DNA of 48,249 nt, the filler included, from Dimargaris cristalligena (lineage: Eukaryota): assembly GCA_003614675.1 (NCBI GenBank). It is 2 parts of 2 records of this genome, joined end to end, with 100 filler letters (N's around TTAATTAATTAA, not from the genome) between each part and the next. Parts side by side here need not be neighbours in the genome. Positions count along the whole stretch, not along the records: positions 1 to 24,093 come from ML002596.1; 1 more part is not named here. One strand, written 5' to 3'. Numbering within the stretch: position 1 is the stretch's first letter; each line of letters starts with the position of its first letter. The notes under the pieces were generated by a model. That model made no database searches. It had not been told where the DNA came from and saw only the letters and a list, made by a program, of their open reading frames with translations. The translations under genes were made by a program, and so were the position numbers. This document shows positions 1 through 12,905 of the stretch, piece after piece.

Positions 1-545
1 AATAACAAACGTAGACGGCATCTATTCACGATAATGCATGAGATTGTTTACTAAAAAGGCAATGCCCAAACAATTCACGCAACTGGTATAAACAACCCAC
101 CCCAAGCACCCATGGGGGTAATTTCAACCTGCCTCTGCCTACAGTTCTCTAGCGAATTTTGCAAGCCTATCATATGGTATAAAACGGAGGGAAGGGCTTA
201 GAGAAAGACGTCCTTCATAGTCACAACATTGCAAGGTAAATATAGCCAGGTTTATTGATTAAACCAGTGAAAATAGTCGAGCGGAGAGGCAATAGTGTCA
301 TAATGAACGAGCTTACAATAAAAGAGCAAGAAAACGTCCGAGACTAATCACAGCGCAGGCGAGTTTTGCTCGGAACGGAAGCTATTTCCATATGGCCCCG
401 CTAAATAACAATCAACAGACATCGTACACTAATAATATATAGATGAAACTAAAGTAACAAATTAACAAATCAAACTATTCCCAGTAGATCGGTCTCTAAC
501 CCCCAACCTCCTTTCTCCCTTTTTCAACCCCCCTCTGGATTAGAG

Positions 546-2771
546 CTAGTGCTTGATCCGAACTCTTGAAGAACGCCGCATTTTAAGATAGCGCGGGTAG
601 ACATTATTGTACAGCATGTTGAGGACCTCCTTGAGGGCATCATCGAACATGGTGATGCTGTACTTGCCGGCGAGGATGTTTTGGGATACTTCATTAATGC
701 ACGGTCCGGGGACATTGAGGGCCAAGGCCGAGTCAGGGTCAATGTAGCGCTGGAAAAAAGAGTGGAACATGGAGCGTAGATGCTTGGGTACGGGTGGGGC
801 CTGTACAATAGCTACGCGAGGGGTACTGGTACTCGTGATGTTTTTCGGGTTAGTGTGCGATCCCCCCATTTTCTCGTCGCTGGGGGAAGCGTACTGAAGG
901 TTGAGTGGTCGGTAAATGGGGCCGATGGTCTCGTAAATGGTGATGTAGGACGGACTGGGAATCTCGTCACTGTCCCAGGCGGCATCGGACAGGCCGGGTG
1001 AAAACCGAGCGGAAAGGGGAGGTGATAAGATAATCGAGACGTTGCTGGGGCCTGCCCCCGCTGGTGACGCGGTGTACACTTGCAGAATGGGTCGGGACTG
1101 GCCGGCTTGCCAAGTCACCGGAGCAGCGGGCTTCAAGTTCGTCGCCGAAGCCGAAAAGGGCATACCGTGGGGATAGTTCGGTGGCGCTCCCACCTGTAAA
1201 GTCGACTCGGACGGCCGGCCTTCCACTATTCCCCGGCCACCCATTTCCATGGGTGCCGGATAAGTAGGGGAGGTAGGGGCCGAGTGAGTTGGTTTGGTCT
1301 CACTATTGGTAGGCTGACTGGTCTCTTGGGGCACGTAGTACGGGTACACCCGGGCCTTGAGCTGTTGGTAATCCTCTAAAAACAAGGTCAGTTCCGTACA
1401 AAAACAGGCCGCGGCATAATACTTGAATTGTTCGAATTTCTGAGGGCTCTGGAGCAATTGGGTGAAGGCCATCCAGCGGGTTGTGGGTACCGCCGCCTTT
1501 TGGGACCGGTGGTTAGTGATGATTTGGTGCTCCAGGGAATTGGTGGCGTCGGGTCCTACCGCCGTGGCGTAACGGTTGGGCCGCACTGGTGGGGGCGGGG
1601 GCAGCGATGCCCGACCGGCCATTTTCGTTTCCGCCCGCTCTTGGCTCATGAGCGACTGTCGTTTGATGGTCTGCGATAAGCGATAGTTCTCGTTTCTCCG
1701 ACAGAAGGGCATTTTCCGCCGCCCGCCGCAGCCGTTACCGTTGCCATTGCCGCTTACTGAGTCGCCCGCCTCGCTATCACTATCCAGATCCTCCTCCTCC
1801 ACCAAAGCGGTGGGGCCCAGGCGATCGGCATGACGACTAAAGGTTTTCCATAGCGGGGCCACGACACCCACGAAGTGGATGATACTCAGACCCGCGAATA
1901 AGAACACGGTGTTACCCACATAGGCCTTGATAGCGGGCACCAGTTTCCGCGCGCTGAAGAAGAGAATGTACGATACCGCCGCCACGATAATTTCAATGAC
2001 CAGGTCCCGCCGCATCCCGTAGGCGTCGTGCATATCCCATAGCCAGTAGACCATGAGGGGTCCGAACACGAAAATGTGGGCGAAAATCATGCCGTACATC
2101 AGTCCGTACTCCCACGAAATATGGCAGTGGGTGTTGGGTGGGTGGATGCGGAATTGGGGCGAGAAGATTTGGACAAAGACCATGTACACGAAGACCACGA
2201 AGGTGCCGATGAGCGTGGCCCGGATAAGTGTACGTTCCGAAAACCAGTGCCGCTTGCGGTCCCACGAAATTCTTTCCAGCAGCCGGCCGAACCGATACTT
2301 GCGGGTTTCGATGCGACTCTTGAGCTCGTTCTTCTCGAGTACCTGGTCCCACCTCTGCGAGTCCCCGTGAATGGACCCCGAGTCGGGATGTAGGGCGGTT
2401 ACGTGCAGTTTGGCCTGATGGAACTCGGACTGGAAGAGCAGGCGTAGGGTGCGGGCGATGAAGCCAAAGAGCCAGAAAATCACACCAATGTAGAGGCCCC
2501 AGAAATTGAGGAAACAAGGCCAGTGGGGGTTGAAGGCATTGCTTAGACCGGCCACCACACAGAGGGATAGGGCGCCAAGGGTTTCAATGGTCATTAACCG
2601 GGCCGACCGGTACTTATCCTTTTTAGTGCGCTGGATGAAAGCGATGGTGGTGATGATGACAAAGAGAGTGTAAATAACCGTAAGACTGGTGTAGACTAGG
2701 GTTTTAATATGCAGTACGTCGGTACTGTATTGAGTAGGGCTAGTCTTGGCCAGCTCCGTCTGATAAACCAT
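546..2771 (-). CDS. Seven-transmembrane receptor with C-terminal RGS domain (GprK-like 7TM-RGS), 741 aa, intronless
   Basis: Seven hydrophobic segments lie in the first ~310 aa, with WPCF before TM3 and a DAYGMRRDL motif before TM6. RGS motifs are FTQLLQSPQKFEQFKYYAAACFCTELTLFLEDY and FQRYIDPDSALALNV...MFDDALKEVLNMLYNNVYPRYL. Confidence 0.85.
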   Translation of the reverse strand: MVYQTELAKTSPTQYSTDVLHIKTLVYTSLTVIYTLFVIITTIAFIQRTKKDKYRSARLMTIETLGALSLCVVAGLSNAFNPHWPCFLNFWGLYIGVIFWLFGFIARTLRLLFQSEFHQAKLHVTALHPDSGSIHGDSQRWDQVLEKNELKSRIETRKYRFGRLLERISWDRKRHWFSERTLIRATLIGTFVVFVYMVFVQIFSPQFRIHPPNTHCHISWEYGLMYGMIFAHIFVFGPLMVYWLWDMHDAYGMRRDLVIEIIVAAVSYILFFSARKLVPAIKAYVGNTVFLFAGLSIIHFVGVVAPLWKTFSRHADRLGPTALVEEEDLDSDSEAGDSVSGNGNGNGCGGRRKMPFCRRNENYRLSQTIKRQSLMSQERAETKMAGRASLPPPPPVRPNRYATAVGPDATNSLEHQIITNHRSQKAAVPTTRWMAFTQLLQSPQKFEQFKYYAAACFCTELTLFLEDYQQLKARVYPYYVPQETSQPTNSETKPTHSAPTSPTYPAPMEMGGRGIVEGRPSESTLQVGAPPNYPHGMPFSASATNLKPAAPVTWQAGQSRPILQVYTASPAGAGPSNVSIILSPPLSARFSPGLSDAAWDSDEIPSPSYITIYETIGPIYRPLNLQYASPSDEKMGGSHTNPKNITSTSTPRVAIVQAPPVPKHLRSMFHSFFQRYIDPDSALALNVPGPCINEVSQNILAGKYSITMFDDALKEVLNMLYNNVYPRYLKMRRSSRVRIKH

Positions 2772-2799
2772 GGTGGTATTTTCCTTTCTCCAGTCAGGG

Positions 2800-2821
2800 A
2801 TATATATATATATATATATAT
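2800..2821. repeat. (AT)n microsatellite followed by a G run
   Basis: About 11 AT units are directly visible just upstream of the 7TM-RGS start codon. Confidence 0.9.
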
Positions 2822-5422
2822 GGGGGGGGTTACGAGGGATTTAGATAAGCGCCAAGGGTCTCTACCGGCCTCCTGGGTTGGGCAGGAACTCCGGGTAAAT
2901 ATTAAACACAGGCAACGAAACTGGATCACCCGAACTCAGACAACAGTCCAACTTAGATAGCCGAGGACGGATCTCAATTAGACGGGGTCCTAATGAGAGG
3001 TATGCAGTCTTATGCACTGTAAGTTGGTAGAATCCTTTGAAAATAGAGAAGCGGTCGTAACCTTGCCAATAATACCGGCATGCGACTCTGGGCTACGGTA
3101 AACAGCCTAAATAGTATAAAGGTAAAGTGACGCACTAAACCCCCCGGGGCGGGGAACCGATTAGATTATACAATGGATAAAAATCGGGCAGGGGGTATGT
3201 TTTCAGAAAAAACCTAGCCTGGCCTATTCACTGGACCGTAGGATATAGGGATAACAACGGTGTCTTGGGGGCTAGAATGTCCGTGCGTTGGTCAATAGTG
3301 GGAAATAGTAGTAGCGCTGATAAAGGTATGAAAGTGCCCACTAGTATAATCAGATGGCCCAAATTAAAGTAAATGTAACAGAATAGGCAAGGTCTGGTAG
3401 TAGTGGTGGGCCATTTAGATATAACCGAAAATAATACTGAGAAACAGATTAACAAAGAACAGAACAGAAGAGAAGAGATGGTGGGTGGCATCTATTGATA
3501 TTTTGGGGGATTTCGTAAGGGCCACCTCTCCATATACCCGCTGGGGTCGGGGGGTTGGTTTATTGCTACACGCTACTCAGGTAAGGTTACTCTGAGCCAA
3601 CGGTCATTGGAGCCCGCCTGTCTAGCAGCCTAGCGGCACTTCCATCTATAGCACTATCTCTATATCTCAGCCTCAGCTGACGCCAAAACAATATACCGAG
3701 AGGGAAAATTAGCGTATTGGGGATAAGTGGAGGTAGATGTGAATGGTAAACAACCTAGCTTCCGCCTTCCAATAATCAAATATGAGCGGGTATAGTAAAT
3801 CCTATGTATTACATTTTGGCTTAGATATTCAAGTGGGAGCAAGAAAGACGGAACTTTAAACGGGGGAAACGGCCAAGGGTGTACTTGACGAAGCCGTGGT
3901 TTCACCAAGGCGAAATGGTGGCAGTTTTATGGGTACGGGAGTATAGCTCATTGGCCATTCAAACGTTCCTTCGCTGTTGATGAATTCCTCAATTCATTGA
4001 CGTAGTTTCCTACATATCGGAGGGGGAGGCTATTCAAAATAAGGATACGTGTTTGGGGGGTTTGCTGGTGTTAAATGGCTAAAAATCGGCCAAACATCTA
4101 CCCCAGCGTACCCATTCACCCGCCTACAAGCCACCCCATTAAAGCAAGCACGCGACGACAAGGAATGGAAATCAAGCAAAAGGAGCATTATTCACTTGCC
4201 GGAGAAAGGCAGCGGAGGTCACACGGACCTCTATTGCAGGGGTCTAGAGTGCTACCGCTAGCTGGTATAAATGGGACTCGTCCTGCCTAGGTGGGAGAGT
4301 TGTGCCACATTGGCGGAAGCCCATGTACGACCACCACAAGTCTACCTTCCCTGCAGCGACGGTTTATCGACCACCCCCTAGTCCATCTTTCCTATTACTA
4401 AGCCTATGGCCGTACTTCCAGCTGTCACTGTGGCGACTTTCAGTAGGAAAATGCCATGTCTAGGGAGCTTGGGGGTAGCTAAAGTGGCAACCACAGGAAG
4501 ATTCAGTCGAATTCGACAGGCCCGTCAATATGTAGGGCCTTCCGTCGATACGCTTTTCATGCATATCCAAAGAATAGGGAAGCCCCGAACCGCCAGTGTT
4601 GTTGGCCATTAACTCCGCTTACTCCATGGGCTCTGAATCTTGCGAGAAACCCGTGCTTCAGTTGTTGAAAATGCAATATATGATGGGTTTCAAACAATGG
4701 GGCGATTGGTATTCAGGGAATGAGTGTTGGTAAACAGCACCTTGTTCAGATGGCGATGGTCGCAAGTATTAGAATGAACCTCTTATATTTCACTATTCGG
4801 GAAATGTAGTTATCTGAGTTCTAGTCGGCTATAGGTCCAAATATGGTACCCAATGGTCGCCACGTCTCAATCAATGGTGATTAAAGTCAAGTATTCTGGC
4901 TATTCATCGCGCTAAATACTTATAAGATTTGTCGGTGAGTTGTCCTACCCCCGTCCTTCCGAGCCGCTATATTTAGCCCTAAGCCACAATAATTAAAACC
5001 AAGCTCGCAATGCTTCGAATCCCGTCTCCATATACTGGCACGTTGACCCTAAAGTACAGTTAAATTAGGAATTTAATCTTTACTAATAGCCATTCCGTAA
5101 CTGCGCCAACACCCACGCGTTCCAGAGGTGAAACAGTCAGGAGGCCCCGGCGACTCTACCCACCCTCCAGTGCCAGTCTCTGATAGACTCCGTCATTTTT
5201 TTTTCGGAGTTCTGAATGGACGCGTTTGATCCTAGAGCGAATGCCCCTGTGTCAATTGCGATTTTAGTCCATTCCTGCACATTGCTCAATTACCCATTTC
5301 AACTGATTGCTTACCTTCCTGTATCCTTATTGTTTTACCCCCCCGCCCAGATTCTACCATTGAGCTATTTATTCACCTCCATTACTTCACACCCCTCCCG
5401 TAGTTCACTACATATTTGAACC

Positions 5423-7367
5423 ATGTCGTGCACACCCCTCGTTCCCAGTGAAATGAAAGTGGTCGACTTGCGGAAAGAGCTCGCTGCCCGTAATTTGTCC
5501 AACAAGGGTCTGAAAAAAGAGCTGGTCGATCGTCTGGAGGAAGCCATGCAACAGGATGAGTCACCGACCGATATTCCCGCCACTGGCAGTCCTTCCCCTC
5601 CTGCATCCATTCCGGCCGATTCTCCGCCCGCCCAGCAACAGGACGAAAGTGACACGGCCGTCGAGGTCGATAGGCCAGCGGAGCCTATTGCGGTGGCAAC
5701 CACTGCTGAACCCATTCCTGAAAAAGACGCGTCTCCCACACCTGTACTGGCCCAAACCGAGCCTGAGTCTGAGTCTGAACCCAAGTCTGAGCCTAAAGCC
5801 GAGCCCGAGGCTGCGATTGAGGAAGATAAATCAGCACCGCCGACTCAAGGGTCCCCAGTAAACAGTGACGAGTCGGCCAGTACCCCAGTCGATCAGCCCA
5901 TAGCCGAAAAAACCGAAACCATGAACGTGGATATAGACGAGCCCGAGGAGCCCCTTAAACGGAAAGGTAAGTCCCGGCCCTAGTTTCTATCTCACTCACA
6001 TCGGCCATTAAATGACAGACTATATCAACTGATATGGTTTTAGGTTTGCGTGATCGACTATGGACGGTATAGTATCCTCTTGGGCTGCATGTGCTCCTTT
6101 ATTTTTTTAAGAAATATGTCTAATATTGCACCTTCGTTCATTTTGACTTGGTAATTTAATCAATTATATAACTAGTGAGCGTGGCAAGCGACGCTTTCAT
6201 TGCTGATAAGAAGGCTCGCACGGATCCGGAGGAAATTGCCTCAGAATCAGTCCCGGCCGGAGGTAATCCATAAGCGCGATATTATATATTATATCCAAGT
6301 ATTGATCGACTGTAGTGGGTCGTTATGTAATTGTCCGATGACTGCATCGCTGACCAGGCATTCCCAGTAGGAAGTGCCTTAACTGAGTATAGACAGTAGC
6401 CACCTAACATCAACATTTTTACACCCCCGCTTTCCTCCCTTTTCAATTGCATCTCGATAGGAAAGTCCACTCAGGTCCCGCCCAGTCGCTTCGATGCCAC
6501 CACCATTCTTTGTGTACGCAACCTGATCCGCCCTTACACGCTCGATCAATTCCTAGCCCTTTTCCGGCCCTACGGCGAAATTACCTATTCCCACCTTAAT
6601 ATTATTAAATCGCATGGATTCATTCAGGTAAGCCACTGTTTTACGGCCTCCCCTCCCGCCTTTATGATGCCCTTGGATTAGGTCGAACGTCAAATATTGC
6701 GAGAAAAATTACCCGGTCCATCCCAGGCCGTCAGTATGATTTACTATATAATTATTGTCTGGTATAGATAGCCCAATGCTTACTATGGGCACATACTATT
6801 TGGTTATATACCCGTCTCTTATCATATAAAGGTAGCATTTCTATCCTATTCTAACCGATTACAATATAGCCCTTTTTCTAAATACCATATCCCCCTTCTT
6901 GGTTCGATTTTTATATATATAAAAAACGTTAGTTCACAACAATCGAATCGGCTACATCCGCCCGGGAAGGGCTCTACAACCAGATCTTTCCCAAGCTCTC
7001 GGGGCGGCCCCTCGTCCTGGACTTTATTACCGAACCCCGCATGATGGAACTCATGCGCGACGAGGCCAGTTTGATCAGCAACGGCTGTTCCCGCCCCAAA
7101 ATCATCAACGTGGAAACCGGTCCCGACGTCCCCGCCGAGTGGTACGGGTTGATGGTGGTGAATTCCAAAACCGGGAAACCGTTCGTTAATCAGCCGGAAC
7201 CTAAAGAGGCCCCTGCGAAACCAAAAGCACCGGTGGCCACCGAGGCCTCTCCTTCTCCTCCTTCGACAGGCCTGGGTCTCGACGACCTTTTCAGCAAAAC
7301 ACAAACCCAGCCTAGTCTGTATTTCCAGCGGGCGGTTCCCCTCCCTTTGTCCCCATCCCACGAGTAG
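5423..7367 (+). CDS. ACIN1: Acinus-like protein (SAP + RRM + RSB motif; ASAP/exon-junction complex), ~410 aa
   Basis: Exons 5423-5966, 6176-6262, 6461-6627 and 6933-7367 (GT-AG, in frame). SAP domain is MKVVDLRKELAARNLSNKGLKKELVDRL. The Acinus-type RRM reads LCVRNLIRPYT...IKSHGFIQF...AREGLYNQIFP. The RNPS1-SAP18-binding-like motif is LDDLFSKTQTQPSLYF. Confidence 0.85.
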
Positions 7368-9732
7368 AACTCTAATCCAATATACATAGTGCCTAATGGT
7401 TGTTTCCATCCGATGTTTTTTTTTGGGGGGGGTGATACATTTGTCTGTTTTTCATTAAACATCGTTTTTTTTATTAGCCGACACTAGAATAAACGACTAA
7501 TTGATCAGGGGGTGAATTGCCTCAACCTCATTTTTTTAATCTGTATGGCTTAATCTCTTGACAGCCGGATTGTTGAACTTCACCATTAATGTCCGACTGG
7601 ACACTGTTTGCACCATTTAGGCCTTCACACGACTTGGGCCCGTTTAGGAGGCTTATCCTTGCTGCTTGCCAACAATGAACTGACAATGTACCTGCATCTA
7701 TACCCGCTATCTCCATGTCCATTCAATAATCTGAAAGTCCGACTTGGGTAAATATTACCTGTTCCCACTGAAGGCACCCAATGTTTAATTATGTATACCT
7801 ATGCGTTACTGGAAATACGCGGTGGATTATCTGAGGTGGGCTCGGGTTCATTTTAATACCCAATGGAACCGAGATGAAAAAGCTGACTAGCTAATGCATC
7901 CTGAGTCAACCGTCGGCCACCATGTATGGCATACATGCCTAAATACATACCTTTTCGGCCAGATCATAATGGGGCGGGTAAATAACTGGGCTTAATTTTA
8001 AGCTGGGCACTGTAGTAGTGGTGATGGGAGGGGGGAAGTAAAGGAACGTGGTTCTAAGCAAACCAGTTTAATGCCAGCGGTATGCCAACGTGACGTCTCA
8101 GAGATACTCCTGCAAGACTTATCCGCCGGCCACTGGTAATCTAAAGGGCCTGGCGCCAGTCTAGGAAGCAGTTACTGGCGGTGTATACTAAAGCTACTTC
8201 CGATTCGCTCCAGCCAATCCTCTTCCACTATTTGGTGTATTTGATACACACATGTGGTATACAGGGTGCTTGTTCATGTGATGAAGCCAACTCCGAGTGT
8301 GGTAGCTACTTTGTATTAATTTGAACTTGGCATATGTCTTTTCCGGTCTCCACTGTAGCCTCCCTTCCCCTGAATATATAATTACCGATTGAGTGGCTAA
8401 TGGGGCCGGGGGCGGAAAATAAGGAGTAAAGGAGCATAAGGGGGGACACTGGCCTTTGCAAAATTGGCATGGGTGTAAAGGTTAGTCGGGCTGATTCCCA
8501 GCCCCGGTCCGCTTGGGCAGGTAGGTTGGATGGGAACGTAGAAGGGGGGAGCGGGGAATTGGAGGCTTGCAGAAAATGACCCCCAAAAAGAATCAACAAT
8601 GGAGACCAGTCAATCAGCAACGTTTCGGAGTGACGAATGCCATGATTAAGTACAGCAAGCCATGTAACGATACGGAACACGACAACGGACCAGATAAAGG
8701 GGAAATCAGGGAAGAGAGATACCGTCGCACTATCCTATTTGGCCCATTGGGCGTATCACGCGCATCCTCGGGTTGTTAGCCCTGGACCGAGTATGGCTTA
8801 ATTCAAACCCGAAGCAACTAGGCTCAATTCCCCGTGTGTGCAAGCGCGGAACTAGTAGTAGGTCCGAGGGGGGATGGCTACAAACTGCGTTGGGTAAAAC
8901 GCGGCTGGTCTTTAGAGCCGGCGGTACGAACCCACCCGAAAGGGTCCCTCACCGATTCCATAGCCACTGTCTCTTAAAGGGCCCAGCCTTGTCGCACAGC
9001 TTCACTGGTGTCTCGTTGGCCGATGGCGACATTTACGATCCTTTTATCGAAATATCCCAACCATTAATATCCCTAATTTTAGTTCCATTCCACCCTTCGC
9101 CATCTCATCGTCCTCCGCCTAATACAGAGCCCCCTTGTCCTCATCTGCTGATATTCCTTTTTGTTTACCATGTTAAGCCGTCAATAGTAGGCCACCTTTT
9201 TTAGGGCCCTGGTCACTCGCCCTATGACGCGCAAGCTGTTTGTCACGCCGTACCGTGCATCAAGGCCCTCCTCATTTCTCTCCCAGGGGGAGGCGATATC
9301 ATAATTTTTGCTCATTAGCCCGAAACGACATCTTGCCAATCATCCGATTCCAGTTTTAGAGAAAGGGGGAGGAGGAATGCTGATGATAATAAACGTTCTA
9401 ATAAAAGTAATGTGACACGGTCCGTGGACCCACTTCCGTTAATTAGGGAAGTGAAAGAGCCCTATGATCTAATCAACTACATCGCCGCCTTAATGAGGCG
9501 AGTATGTCGGTGATGTGGGTGAGTGGGGGGAGGGGTGGGGTAGGGAATGTATCATCTATATATCGGTATGGGTGGGGCGAAAGAAAAGGGGGCGCGGGCA
9601 GCCGCACTTAGGTTCCCCTCCCCCTCCTTATGATGTTTCTTTGTTCAACCTACTCACTGCCCCTTTCCCCCTGATCCACCAGTGGTGAGAATCTCCTCTC
9701 CCCCCCATTAACAGCCCAACAACGCCCTCCCC

Positions 9733-10052
9733 ATATATAAACCAAGTCTTATAACCCCTCGAATCAATATTCAGCTATTCAAGCTATAGTTACCGGTTTG
9801 CCTCATTTTCAACTTCAACTAGCAATTTGGGGTCATTTAAATTTATACTCCTTCTTATATTATACTATATACATATACATTTCTATATATGCCTTGCTTA
9901 ACCACGAGGTAATTTGCGGATATTGCTTAATCTCTAAGCAAGCCCAGCCACGACTCGGCCATCTACCGTATTGATATTTAATTTACATTTGTAAGAAATC
10001 AGGTCCGGCCGGCCCCTTTTTCGACCGTACCTTCGCTATTTATTAGATTAAC
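9733..10052 (+). promoter_or_regulatory. Putative TATA box and 5'UTR intron of the GCL gene
   Basis: TATATAAA lies near 9734. A donor-like GTAAGA at 9991 (alternative GTAATT at 9909) pairs with a pyrimidine-rich acceptor TATTAG ending at 10046, 6 nt before the ATG. Confidence 0.4.
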
Positions 10053-12300
10053 ATGGGTTGGCTAGGCAGTGGAATGCCCCTGGACTGGGATGACTCGGCA
10101 CCCTATCGCGAATCAGTTCGCCAGGCCGGTCTTAATCAATTCATCCGGCTCGTTCAAAAGGGTCGTTATCGGCACGGTGACCTCATGAAATGGGGCGACG
10201 AGATTGAATACACCATGGTTAGCCTCGACTCCCAGCGCCGCACGACCCGGCTCAGTGCCCAGGCCGGTCTCATGTTGAACGAGTTCCATAAGGAGGAGCA
10301 AGTGGCCTTGGAAAAGGGGACCCCCGAGGAATTACCGGCCCTTTGGCGGACCGAGTACGGGCGCTACATCATTGAAGGAACCCCGGGTCAGCCGTACGGC
10401 CCAACGCTCGACCACTTGCTGCAGGTGGAGGCAAGTATGCAGCTCCGGCGCCGCATCCTCAAGGAAAAAAGCCGGGGCTGTGCTATACCCCTAACCATCA
10501 CCGCATTCCCCCGCTTGGGCACTCTGGGGTTCATGGACACCCGGGTCAACGGGGAAACCGAAGCGGAGGCGGAAAAGGTAGTACTGCCCGGTCTCTTAAC
10601 CGCTAGTCAGGCCATTCCTGATGCCGCGGTCAGTCAAAATTCCCGCTACCAGACTCTACCCCACGTCATGATGGGTCGTCGCCGAAACAAATTCGGGATG
10701 CTGGTGCCGATTTTCCCGGACTCCCAGGCTTTATTGGACACACCGGATCCGGACCACCTGGCGGATGACTTACTCCTTACCCGCCAGCCTGCTCTCCTGG
10801 CCCATGCCACCCCGGAAGGCTCCGCTTATTTCGACGCCACCTGTTACGGGTTCGGCGCTTGCTGTTTGCAAGTGACTATGCAGGCCTACGACTTCAATCA
10901 AGCCCGGCGTCTCTACGACCAACTCGCCCCTTTTTGCGCCATCATGCTGTCCCTGACCGCGGCTACCCCCGCCAACAAAGGCCGTTTGCTTACCACGGAT
11001 ACCCGGTGGTTGTACTTGTCGAGCGGCAGTGACGACCGTTCCGAAGAAGAAATGGCGGCCTGTAACCAGTCGGGCCAACTCATGTACCGGCCCCGGTGCG
11101 ATTCTATCCACGCCTACGTGGGAAGTAACGACGGATTTTTCCGCGATTCCTACAACGACGTACCCTACGCGCACGATCCCCGTCTGTACGATCAACTGCG
11201 CGCCGCCGGCTTGGACTCCCGCTTCGCCCAACATACCGCCCATGTATTCACCCTGGACCCCCTGGTCGTCATGCGCGAGCACCTGCCCGCCGAAGATTAC
11301 GCCGGGCTACACTGCGACACGTTCACGTCTACCCTTTGGCAGGCCATGAAGCTCAAGCCCCCTACGTTGGACGGTTCAGCGGGTTGGCGGGTCGAATTCC
11401 GGCCCATGGAAATCCAACTGTCCGATTTCGAAAATGCCGCCTTCTCCATCTTTATCGTGCTTCTGGCCCGCACGATTCTGCATTTCCATTTGAATTTTTA
11501 TATTCCGGTATCCCACATTGACGCCAATATGAGTGAGGCCAATAACATCGACGCCGCGCATCGCTCCCAGTTTTATTTCCGAACCAATATCTTCGGGAAC
11601 CAGGCGAATGAGGCTTCGCAAGGAATTCCGGCCGACCCACCCATCTCCCGCCTTACCGTTGACGAAATCATGAACGGAAAGGTAAGCCACCATCAATTAC
11701 TATTCGTTAACTGTGGTATAATTATTATAGCATGCGGCTGGGCAGCCCCGATATCAGATGGCCACTCATTCACAACTAGCCCTTTATTTTAATCTGGTTA
11801 ATTGCCTTTATGTTGCTGAATATCCATCTCGTAGGAAAATCTATTCGCCGGGATCCTGCCCCTGATCCACGCCTATCTAGATCAACAGGAGGTTGACATC
11901 ACCACCCGTCTGAAGATTAACAAATACCTCGGATTCATCCGCAAGCGGGCAAGCGGTAAGTATAGTTAGGAAAATATCGCACTGGTAATCCTACCCCCTA
12001 TAAAAAATGTAGGCTCTTTGGGAGATATCCGCCCCCCCTATCACTACCAGTATCCACAATGAAACACTAATGACCTAATAATGAGTTCTACCCCACTTTC
12101 TTTTATCTATAAAACACGAATACATGATGTCCACCGATTTAGGTGCCCTGCTGACCGATGCCCAGTGGATCCGGGAGTTTGTCCGTAGTCACCCCGAGTA
12201 CCAACACGATTCGGTCGTATCACACCCCATTAATTACGATCTTATGCAAGCCATTGAGAAGATTGGCCAAGGAATCTCCCGGCCCTCGAATCTCCTTTAG
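10053..12300 (+). CDS. GSH1: Glutamate-cysteine ligase catalytic subunit (eukaryotic type), divergent, ~635 aa
   Basis: Exons 10053-11681, 11835-11955 and 12143-12300. Motifs are WGDEIEY, EYGRYIIEGTPGQPYG, CCLQVT, GWRVEFRPMEIQLSDFENAA, and the C-terminal KRASG|ALLTDAQWIREFVRSHPEYQHDSVV. Confidence 0.93.
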
Positions 12301-12905
12301 ATTTCATCCAAGTCTGGGCCCATAACTTTAATTTTAAGGCTGCTTCAAATCTATATATAATCCACTCACTCATTGTTAGGAATGTATTCGTTGGCACGCC
12401 ATTAGTTTGGCCTTATTGACACACCTATAGTCCCATACGACCTATTATTATTATCCCGATATCCTTTTTCTAGTATACCATTTTGTTTCTAAAACTATAT
12501 ACCATCACTGTTCCCCTATACCAATTTCGCATTTATTAATCGGCTATTTGGCCTTCAAGGAAGGCATAAAAATAAATGAAAGTACCACGACATCATATTT
12601 AGCGGTAGAGGCCCAAATCAGAGATAAATGGTTGCTCTAAGGGCCATTCTTTCGTCATCTTCCATTACTTGAATTCACGCTAAATAGCATTCCGATTTAT
12701 ATGGGTTTCAGATTTGGTCTTCGAGATGGCAGTGTACACATAATAAGAGTGAAGTGATTGGGGTATTCCCCCTACTAATGTTCCAGGATAGCCCGTGCAA
12801 ATTCAGATCACAGGCCTGTCCTTAGATAGCAGAAACACGGTAGTAAGGGCTCAGTGCAATACAGGGGTGGTTGGTGCCAATGCTTTTGACAAAAGAAAAC
12901 AACAA

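Noticed and set aside
5011..5030. TTCGAATCCC resembling a tRNA T-loop / B-box
   Set aside because: The flanks do not pair into a T-stem and no cloverleaf can be built.
7921..7937. Perfect 8-bp inverted repeat CATGTATG-G-CATACATG
   Set aside because: It is short, isolated and expected by chance in 48 kb.
8306..9204. ORFs 8306-8680 (-), 8567-8779 (+) and 8773-9204 (+) in the long intergenic region
   Set aside because: They have no recognisable motifs or convincing splice structure and are probably spurious.
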